Part shown: one piece after another, positions 57,405 through 64,000 of the stretch
How the letters are laid out: every line of letters begins with the position of its first letter
How positions within the stretch are numbered: position 1 is the stretch's first letter
Assembly (NCBI GenBank): GCA_046484745.1
Contig: JAWOIJ010000090.1
Span: 42,877-106,876, forward strand
Source: Desulfobacterales bacterium
GTDB taxonomy: Bacteria > Desulfobacterota > Desulfobacteria > Desulfobacterales > SURF-7
Reading direction: 5' to 3'
DNA length: 64,000 nt
Notes under the pieces: model-generated
What the model was told of the DNA's origin: nothing
What the model saw: the letters and a program-made list of their open reading frames with translations, nothing else
Database searches by the model: none
Made by a program: the position numbers and the translations under genes

Positions 57405-57785
57405 GTGAAACAGGATTCAAACAATCTTTCGATCATTGACAGGGATTTGGTAGTTGACGGTAAAATATCCAGCAAGGGAAGTCTGGTTATCCGGGGAAAG
57501 GTTACCGGAAGTCTTGCCGGAGAAAAAGTGGTCATCGCCGACGAAGGGTCTGTTTTTGCCGAGGTGGAGGTCTCCAGTTTAACTGTTGGAGGCACTTTTG
57601 AGGGCGAAGTGCGCGCATCAAAGGAACTGATTATTCTGTCCACCGGAAGCGTTACAGGTACGGTTTGCTGCAGCAGCCTGACGGTTGAAAACGGCGGATT
57701 ACTGAATGCCGGGGTGACTTTTTCCCCATCGGATACGATCGATATGAAAAAAGGCAAGCCGCCGGATTCTATCATAAAAGCTTAA
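57405..57785 (+). CDS. Bactofilin (polymer-forming cytoskeletal protein, DUF583)
   Basis: It shows beta-helix repeat periodicity: 'LVVDGKISSKGSLVIRGKVTGSLAGEKVVIADEGSVFAEVEVSSLTVGGTFEGEVRASKELIILSTGSVTGTVCCSSLTVENGG'. It has a GTG start with AGGAG 9 nt upstream. Confidence 0.8.
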   Translation: MKQDSNNLSIIDRDLVVDGKISSKGSLVIRGKVTGSLAGEKVVIADEGSVFAEVEVSSLTVGGTFEGEVRASKELIILSTGSVTGTVCCSSLTVENGGLLNAGVTFSPSDTIDMKKGKPPDSIIKA

Positions 57786-57817
57786 AATCACCATATGGTA
57801 GATCTTGAAAAACAGCA

Positions 57818-58438
57818 TCATGGCTGTTTATGCTGCGTGCCCTGCAGTGAACGGAAAAAACGGTCGAATAGTATATCAACGTTTTTAAAATTTTCAAAGG
57901 TTATGTCTGAAAAGGAAAGGTGAAATTTTTTTTGAATTTTTTCATAAATAGACAGATAATTGAGCAGAATACGATTGTCCCACGGCAGATTTAAAAGCGC
58001 TGCTGAGTTTTTGATTTCAAAACCGGTTCCTTCTATCTCAAGAAAATTACCGAAAGGCATGGTGTCGATACAGAAAATGATTTCTCCCAGAACCAGGGTT
58101 TCTCTCCACTTTTCATAAATCTGCTCCTTTTGGAAGCCAAGGGATTCAAGAATGCTGTTCATGGTCTGAAAATCGCTCACCTCAACTTCCAGTTCATGTA
58201 AAATTTTAAAATCTTCTTCTTTTTCAGTTGGTTGAGACTTAAACGTGAGGGTTGTTTTTGTATCTTTTCGAAGCCTTAAAAGGGATTTTTTTTTCATCAG
58301 ATTTTTTTCATTGTCTTCATACCGAAAATTGATTTCAAAAAAACGGCCCTTGCTTTCAGCGCCAAGCGCCAGGATTTGATTTCGCATCACCTCTGGATCT
58401 GGAAGATAAAACTTTACTTCGATCTCAAGCGGTTTCAT
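57818..58438 (-). CDS. CYTH-domain protein (class IV adenylate cyclase / triphosphatase-like)
   Basis: The N-terminal 'EIEVKFYL' (the ExExK signature), 'LRLRKD...TLTFK' and 'DTMPFGNFLEIE' match the CYTH domain. Confidence 0.75.
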   Translation of the reverse strand: MKPLEIEVKFYLPDPEVMRNQILALGAESKGRFFEINFRYEDNEKNLMKKKSLLRLRKDTKTTLTFKSQPTEKEEDFKILHELEVEVSDFQTMNSILESLGFQKEQIYEKWRETLVLGEIIFCIDTMPFGNFLEIEGTGFEIKNSAALLNLPWDNRILLNYLSIYEKIQKKFHLSFSDITFENFKNVDILFDRFFRSLQGTQHKQP

Positions 58439-58600
58439 ATGGCGGGCTCCTCTATATTTTTTTCATCCTCAATCGGAAAGCGGAAATCAATAGTATCCTG
58501 AAAATTTGTAAAAAGTCAATTTGCGGAGGATTCAGATCCGGAAAAGCCGATAAATATGCGCTGCGGATACTAAAAAAAGGTCATTAGGTCATAATTTTCC

Positions 58601-58629
58601 TTGACAGCATATCAACTTTGCTTTAAAGA
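58601..58629 (+). promoter_or_regulatory. Possible promoter of rplM-rpsI
   Basis: TTGACA (58601-58606), a 17-nt spacer, then TAAAGA (58624-58629). The -10 element is weak. Confidence 0.3.
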
Positions 58630-58671
58630 TATTAGATTCTTTTTTTGGGATTGGTACAGGAGAAAAAAACA

Positions 58672-59106
58672 GTGAAGAAATACACATATAGCGCAAAAAA
58701 AACAGACAATCAGGACAACTGGTTTTTAGTAGATGCTGACGGGGCGGTTCTTGGAAGACTTGCGTCCGTAATAGCCGCCAGATTAAGGGGCAAGCATAAC
58801 CCTTTATTTTCGCCTCATGTTGATACCGGCGACTCAGTCGTCGTAATCAATGCGGAAAAGATAACCCTTACCGGGAAAAAGTGGGATCAGAAAACATATT
58901 ACCGTCATAGCGGTTATACGGGAGGGCTTACATCGATTACCGCAAAAAAACTTTTGGAAAAGCGGCCGGAGGATATTATCCGTTTTGCTGTTAAAGGGAT
59001 GCTCCCTAAGAACAGGCTTGGCACCCAGCTGCTGAAAAAGTTGAAGGTATATGCCGGGAAGGAACACCCTCATACCGCACAGAAACCAGAGACGCTTAAT
59101 CTTTAA
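58672..59106 (+). CDS. rplM: 50S ribosomal protein L13
   Basis: '[49 protein letters not shown]...[10 protein letters not shown]' matches L13. The start was set at GTG 58672, 9 nt after GGAG; the track start is a TTG 27 nt upstream. Confidence 0.9.
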   Translation: MKKYTYSAKKTDNQDNWFLVDADGAVLGRLASVIAARLRGKHNPLFSPHVDTGDSVVVINAEKITLTGKKWDQKTYYRHSGYTGGLTSITAKKLLEKRPEDIIRFAVKGMLPKNRLGTQLLKKLKVYAGKEHPHTAQKPETLNL

Positions 59107-59139
59107 AAAGTTATCAAACCAATTTTTTTGGGGAAAAAC

Positions 59140-59535
59140 ATGGAAAAAAGTACTGTTTATTACGCGACTGGAAAACGGAAAAACGCGATAGCACGGACCT
59201 GGCTCAAGCCGGGAAAGGGCGAAATTGTTGTTAATGATCGGCCGATGGATGAATACTTCACGATTGAGACCTCAAAAATAATTCTTTCGCAGCCGCTGGT
59301 TCTGACAGATACAAAAGAGTCTTTTGATATCAATGTTAAAGTAAAAGGCGGAGGAATATCCGGGCAGGCAGGAGCGGTCCGGCACGGTATAACCAAGGCA
59401 CTCATTCTGGCAAATCCTGATTTACGATCGGTTTTAAAGAAAGCCGGATTTGTAAAGAGGGATCCACGGGTCAAGGAAAGAAAAAAGTATGGTCAGAAAG
59501 GTGCTCGAGCGCGGTTTCAGTTTTCCAAACGTTAA
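59140..59535 (+). CDS. rpsI: 30S ribosomal protein S9
   Basis: '[16 protein letters not shown]...[19 protein letters not shown]...[25 protein letters not shown]' matches S9. The start was set at ATG 59140. Confidence 0.92.
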   Translation: MEKSTVYYATGKRKNAIARTWLKPGKGEIVVNDRPMDEYFTIETSKIILSQPLVLTDTKESFDINVKVKGGGISGQAGAVRHGITKALILANPDLRSVLKKAGFVKRDPRVKERKKYGQKGARARFQFSKR

Positions 59536-59557
59536 ATATAATATTTTTTATCTTATC

Positions 59558-59597
59558 AAAGGGAATAGAGCATTTTTGTGTTTTATTCCCTTTTTTT
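59558..59597 (+). terminator. Rho-independent terminator of rplM-rpsI
   Basis: GGGAATA (59561-59567) pairs with TATTCCC (59584-59590), followed by T7 (59591-59597) and preceded by AAA. Confidence 0.7.
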
Positions 59598-59686
59598 ATG
59601 GGTTTGATTTGGGATATCGAGGAAGCCGGCGGCGGGGTTGGCTGAACTCGATAATACCGGCATGAAAACAGGGGAAGTTGTTCATA

Positions 59687-60421
59687 ATGGAATATAAGGA
59701 ACTTGTTACCGGCAGATTTGGAATCGGTTTGATTCGCAGATGCTTATCGATTATACTGATACTGATATTTTTTCTTTTTGCAGCACCATCGTTTGCACAG
59801 GAAATTCAAAGTCTTGGGGATTCAAAAGAAGACAGTTCCGATCCAAAAAAATGGGTCGGGCTTTTAGGTTCCTGGGGTCGGCATCATCACATCTGGAGCA
59901 GCAGCGATTATAAAGGATTTCGAAACCGGCATTTCGGGATGTTTATGGAATGGGAAGATGATCCTTTTACGCTTTTTTCTGTTGATATGGATCGAACGTT
60001 GCGCGTTGAGCTTCGTTATGCCAAACTGTATGGTACATTTGAAATCGATGATGATCAGGTCTTAAAAGAACGGCTTGTAGAGGGCCAGCCAAACTGGGCG
60101 AATCTGACGGGGCATTATTCGGTATCCCTTATCGGTGTGAGGCGTTGGGTGTTTTTCCCGAACCGGGTTATCCGTCCGAATCTGCACCTTGGATTTGGTT
60201 TTTCGGTGATGAACAAATCCATTATTGAGAACGGTACGATCTGGAACTTCAATTTCGTGGGTGGCGGGGGATTGGAATATGATCTGAACAAAAAGTGGAC
60301 GGTTTACGGGGATGTCCGCTGGGAACATTTTTCAAATGGCGGCCAGATGTTTTTAACCAACAAGGACGTCATTGGACCGGAATCTGTCAATATTTTAGTG
60401 GGTATTCGATATCTGCTGTGA
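59687..60421 (+). CDS. Outer-membrane acyloxyacyl hydrolase (lipid A deacylase PagL-like)
   Basis: It has a signal peptide ('ILILIFFLFAAPSFAQE'), beta-barrel-like alternation and a C-terminal 'RWEHFSNGG' that matches the PagL-family H-x-S-N-G catalytic motif. The start was set at ATG 59687. Confidence 0.55.
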   Translation: MEYKELVTGRFGIGLIRRCLSIILILIFFLFAAPSFAQEIQSLGDSKEDSSDPKKWVGLLGSWGRHHHIWSSSDYKGFRNRHFGMFMEWEDDPFTLFSVDMDRTLRVELRYAKLYGTFEIDDDQVLKERLVEGQPNWANLTGHYSVSLIGVRRWVFFPNRVIRPNLHLGFGFSVMNKSIIENGTIWNFNFVGGGGLEYDLNKKWTVYGDVRWEHFSNGGQMFLTNKDVIGPESVNILVGIRYLL

Positions 60422-60521
60422 GGGGAAGACTCTTTTAGCGTATTCAATTATATTCGTATTCAACACTTTCGAATAGTTGGGAAGGCAATTCCTGTAACTC
60501 TCGGAAAATAACAGGCAAATT

Positions 60522-61547
60522 ATGACAGCATATTTGATACGCCGCATGTTGTTAATCATACCAACATTTCTTGGTATCACGGTAATGGTGTTTACCATTA
60601 CCAGGTTCGTACCGGGCGGGCCTATTGAAAGAATGATTGCCGAGGCAAGAATGCAGAGAATGGGGGGAAACACTTCCAGCCCCTCTTCCGGAGACCAGAC
60701 ACAGCTCCTTTCAGAAGAGCAGATTGAAGAGCTTAAAAAATATTACGGTTTTGACAAGCCTGTGCTGGTAAGCTATTTTCTCTGGCTTGGCAAGGTTTTG
60801 ACTGGTGACCTCGGTATCTCGACACGATATTATGACCCGGTGTGGGATATGATTAAGGAAAGGATCCCGATTTCCCTGTATTTCGGGATAATAACCCTGA
60901 TTCTTGTTTACGGTGTATGCATTCCGCTTGGGGTTGCGAAAGCGATTCGGCATAAAACCGCATTTGACAATGTTTCTTCCATTATTGTCTTTGTCGGTTA
61001 CGCCATCCCTGGATGGGTGGTCGGTGTGATTCTGCTGGTTATTTTTGCATCTCATCTGGGCATATTTCCCCTTGGCGGATTTGTAAGCGAAAATTTTGAG
61101 GATTTTACTTTAGGGGCGAAGGTGTGGGATGTCATTCTTCACACAATTCTGCCATTGATCGCGTATATTGCCGGTTCCTTTACCGTCATGACATTTCTGA
61201 TGAAAAACACCCTGATGGACAACCTTTCATCAGACTATGTGCGCACAGCCGTTGCAAAGGGGCTTTCCTTCAGGAATGCTGTTTTCCGGCACGCCCTGCA
61301 GAATAGTCTTATCCCCATGGCTACGAATTTCGGCAACAATATCTCACTGGTACTCATGGGATCCTTTTTAATTGAGAAGGTATTTAATATAAACGGCATG
61401 GGACTGTTGGGGTATGAATCGGTTGTTGAAAGAGATTACCCGGTCGTTATGGGTATCCTTGTGATTTCATCGCTTCTTTTCATGATTGGAAATATTCTTT
61501 CCGATATTTGTGTTGCGATTGTCGATCCGCGGGTAAAATTTGAATGA
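60522..61547 (+). CDS. yejB: Peptide/opine-type ABC transporter permease (YejB-like)
   Basis: The N-terminal 'YLIRRMLLIIPTFLGITVMVFTITRFVPGGP' and the EAA-like loop 'DYVRTAVAKGLSFRNAVFRHALQNSLIP' match the family. Confidence 0.8.
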   Translation: MTAYLIRRMLLIIPTFLGITVMVFTITRFVPGGPIERMIAEARMQRMGGNTSSPSSGDQTQLLSEEQIEELKKYYGFDKPVLVSYFLWLGKVLTGDLGISTRYYDPVWDMIKERIPISLYFGIITLILVYGVCIPLGVAKAIRHKTAFDNVSSIIVFVGYAIPGWVVGVILLVIFASHLGIFPLGGFVSENFEDFTLGAKVWDVILHTILPLIAYIAGSFTVMTFLMKNTLMDNLSSDYVRTAVAKGLSFRNAVFRHALQNSLIPMATNFGNNISLVLMGSFLIEKVFNINGMGLLGYESVVERDYPVVMGILVISSLLFMIGNILSDICVAIVDPRVKFE

Positions 61548-62590
61548 TGAAACTCAATCCCCTGACCATAAAAAAAATTCGCAGGTTCCGATCGATCAAA
61601 CGCGGATACTATTCCCTGATTATTTTTATGGTCATGATCGTTGTTTCATTTTTTGCAGAGCTTCTCATTAATAACAGGGCTCTGATTGTATATTATCAGG
61701 GGAATTATATTTTCCCGACGTATGGCGATATGATTCCCGGAAAAGACTTTGGACTGGATTATGCGTATGAGGTAAATTATCGGGAACTCCAAAAGAAATT
61801 CGAGCTGGAAAAGAAGGATAACTGGCTGCTGATGCCGATTGTCCCTTACGGCAAATTCGAAATTGACCTGCAAGAGGGTGAATACCCGCCTTTTCCTCCT
61901 TCTTTTGAAAGATATCACTACCTCGGTACGGATAATGCCGGTAGAGATATTGTGGCCAGAGTTGTTTACGGTTTTCGTATCGCCATCATATTTTCACTGA
62001 TCCTGCTTCTGGTCAATTATACAATCGGAGTCAGTATCGGCATTTTAATGGGATACCGGGGGGGGAATTTTGACCTTTTTTTCCAGCGAATCATTGAAAT
62101 ATGGTCTAATGTCCCTTTTTTATATGTCATCATTATCATTTCGTCCATTATGGTCCCAAACTTTACAACACTGATTTTTATAATGGCCGTTTTTGGCTGG
62201 ATGGGGATCACCTGGACCATGCGTACGGTTACATACAAAGAGAAGGAAAGGGAGTACGTTCTTGCGGCAAAGGCTTTGGGCTCATCCAATACGCGCATTC
62301 TGTTCCGGCACATTCTTCCCAATACCATTGCTGTCATTATAACGTTCGCGCCGTTTGCGGTCTCCGGCGGAATCGTAGCGTTAACCTCTCTTGACTATCT
62401 TGGATTCGGGCTTCCACCTCCGATTCCAAGCTGGGGAGAGCTGCTGCAGCAGGGCTGGTCAAACATGGATGCATGGTGGATTTCCGGATCTGTCGTGCTT
62501 GCCATGCTGGTGACTTTGATTGTCGTAACATTTATCGGTGAGGCTGTCAGAGAGGCATTTGACCCGAAGATGCATACGACATATGAATAG
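61544..62590 (+). CDS. yejE: Peptide/opine-type ABC transporter permease (YejE-like)
   Basis: 'HYLGTDNAGRDIVARVVYGFRIA' and 'EYVLAAKALGSSNTRILFRHILPN' match the family. It overlaps yejB by 4 nt. Confidence 0.8.
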   Translation: MMKLNPLTIKKIRRFRSIKRGYYSLIIFMVMIVVSFFAELLINNRALIVYYQGNYIFPTYGDMIPGKDFGLDYAYEVNYRELQKKFELEKKDNWLLMPIVPYGKFEIDLQEGEYPPFPPSFERYHYLGTDNAGRDIVARVVYGFRIAIIFSLILLLVNYTIGVSIGILMGYRGGNFDLFFQRIIEIWSNVPFLYVIIIISSIMVPNFTTLIFIMAVFGWMGITWTMRTVTYKEKEREYVLAAKALGSSNTRILFRHILPNTIAVIITFAPFAVSGGIVALTSLDYLGFGLPPPIPSWGELLQQGWSNMDAWWISGSVVLAMLVTLIVVTFIGEAVREAFDPKMHTTYE

Positions 62591-62617
62591 AACGGTAGAA
62601 ATGGAAAGGAAAAAAGC

Positions 62618-64000
62618 ATGAAGATTTATACCGGGTCATTACAATTCATCGCCATCTTTTTTTTGGGTTTGTTTATAACACTTTTCCCATATCATGTATC
62701 AGCCGCCCAGGAACTTCCAAAAGATATCCAGTGGCTCACAAACCATGAAGATCCGGTGTTCGCGTCGAAAAATGCCAAAAAAGGAGGCGTGTTTCATGCA
62801 TCCATTATGAGCTTTCCCATGACCTTCCGGTCCGTGGGACCGGATTCGAACGGAGGTTTCAGGGACGCGATCCTGAGCAACCAGCTGGGCTTGATCGGTA
62901 TTCATCCGAACACGGAAAATATTATCCCGGAGATCGCTACTCACTGGGCGTTCGATAAAGATAAGAAGACCATGTATTTCAAGCTGAATAAAAATGCCAG
63001 ATGGTCTGACGGAAAGCCGGTGACGGCGGATGATTTTATTTACACACTGGAGTTTATGCGTTCAAAGGAGATTGTCGCACCCTGGTATAATGATTACTAT
63101 ACAAAAGAGATCGATCGTGTCATCCGTTATGATGACCTCACGCTTGCGGTGGTTGCAACCAAAGCGCAGCCGGACCTTCACCTGAGAGTCGCCATTTCTC
63201 CAACTCCCAGAAATTTTTATGGAAAGCTCGATAAGGATTTTATTAAAAAGTATAATTGGAAAATCGTTCCCAATACAGGCCCTTATCAGATTTCAGACTT
63301 TAAAAAAGGCAAAAGCGTAAAATTTAAAAAAAAGAAAGACTGGTGGGCAGAGGATCTGCACTATTTCAAGAACCGTTTTAACGTGGATACCGTTATTTAT
63401 GATGTCGTAAGAGATTATAATATTCTTTGGGAATATTTTAAAAAAGGAAAGCAGGATGTATTCGCAATCAATTTTCCTGAATACTGGCATGGTAAAACAA
63501 AGACCCCGGTGGTTGAGAACGGGTATGTTTATAAGATCTGGTTTTTCAATGACACACAACAATCCGCCACAGGCATGTGGCTGAATCAGGACAGAGAGAT
63601 TTTTAAAGATCGGAATGTGCGATATGCCTTTGCGCATGCCATGAACATCGGCAAGGTCATTGAAAGTGTATTGAGAAATGATTACTACCGTCTTGAACAC
63701 GGATTTATGGGATATGGCCGATATTCAAATAATACGATCAGGGCTAGACGGTTTGACCTGGCCAGGGTTGAAGAGTACATGAAAGCATCCGACTGGAAAC
63801 GCGGAGCGGATGGAATATGGGAGAAAGACGGCAGGCGTTTTTCAGCGGAAGTCACGTACAGCTTTGAGGAGCATACCCCGAGGCTTGTGGTGCTGAAAGA
63901 AGAAGCCAAAAAGGCTGGTGTCGAACTGAGGCTTCAGAAACTGGATTCATCGGCAATGTTCAAGAAAGTTCTTGAAAAAAAACATGATATCGCCTGGATG
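62618..64000 (+). CDS. yejA: Family-5 extracellular solute-binding protein (YejA-like); 3' end lies outside the window and the gene is not in the ORF track
   Basis: Frame 2 is open from ATG 62618 to the window end (461 codons). It has a signal peptide ('MKIYTGSLQFIAIFFLGLFITLFPYHVSA'). 'ATHWAFDKDKKTMYFKLNKNARWSDGKPVTADDFIYTLEFM' is typical of SBP_bac_5. The minus-strand ORFs listed here are shadows. Confidence 0.8.
   Translation, partial: MKIYTGSLQFIAIFFLGLFITLFPYHVSAAQELPKDIQWLTNHEDPVFASKNAKKGGVFHASIMSFPMTFRSVGPDSNGGFRDAILSNQLGLIGIHPNTENIIPEIATHWAFDKDKKTMYFKLNKNARWSDGKPVTADDFIYTLEFMRSKEIVAPWYNDYYTKEIDRVIRYDDLTLAVVATKAQPDLHLRVAISPTPRNFYGKLDKDFIKKYNWKIVPNTGPYQISDFKKGKSVKFKKKKDWWAEDLHYFKNRFNVDTVIYDVVRDYNILWEYFKKGKQDVFAINFPEYWHGKTKTPVVENGYVYKIWFFNDTQQSATGMWLNQDREIFKDRNVRYAFAHAMNIGKVIESVLRNDYYRLEHGFMGYGRYSNNTIRARRFDLARVEEYMKASDWKRGADGIWEKDGRRFSAEVTYSFEEHTPRLVVLKEEAKKAGVELRLQKLDSSAMFKKVLEKKHDIAWM

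Overview
This is a chromosomal, mostly core-genome window that is moderately AT-rich. Its gene content suggests a Desulfobacterota (Desulfobacterales-like) anaerobe that uses the Wood-Ljungdahl pathway.

Gene order, left to right:
- A CsgG-like/lipoprotein trio.
- A metF-like / hdrA (double-module) / mvhD / metV / metF cluster.
- A signalling array: CheY-like RR, two ACT-like proteins, PAS kinase, hybrid kinase, TetR.
- On the minus strand: M48 peptidase, queH, yggS, maf, SDR, GMC oxidoreductase, MarR.
- An MBL hydrolase, a B12-radical-SAM enzyme and a STAS protein.
- A ~1.1 kb non-coding stretch with several terminators and one near-consensus promoter.
- A Na/Pi cotransporter and a LysM repeat protein.
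- A type-B succinate dehydrogenase/fumarate reductase (CAB), MscS and murI.
- dnaX-ybaB-recR-ykgJ and two tRNA-Ser genes.
- DUF1015, a methyltransferase, DUF721 and hflKC.
- An unlisted 32-aa bS22-like gene.
- An FmdB zinc ribbon protein and groES/groEL.
- tolQRA-tolB-pal-cpoB and ruvCAB.
- A SAM hydrolase, a membrane protein, a bactofilin and a CYTH protein.
- rplM-rpsI, a PagL-like protein and a yejBE(A)-like peptide ABC importer that runs off the 3' edge.

I saw no rRNA, CRISPR array, transposase/integrase, phage genes or recognisable defence genes.

The ORF track uses non-ATG starts (TTG/GTG shown as M). Several N-termini are therefore over-extended, and I re-called them where an ATG/GTG with a Shine-Dalgarno fits better. 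Many long ORFs antisense to real genes are shadows.

The most interesting items:
- The HdrBC-less MetF/HdrA/MvhD/MetV/MetF cluster, with a fused two-module HdrA and an extra MetF paralog.
- The gene-free 25.2-26.3 kb region (candidate sRNA and candidate leader/attenuator).
- The bS22-like small gene.
- A perfect 12-bp inverted repeat replacing CIRCE upstream of groES.
- The RR/ACT/ACT/HK/HK/TetR array.

All functional calls come from motif recognition by eye. No database search was run.
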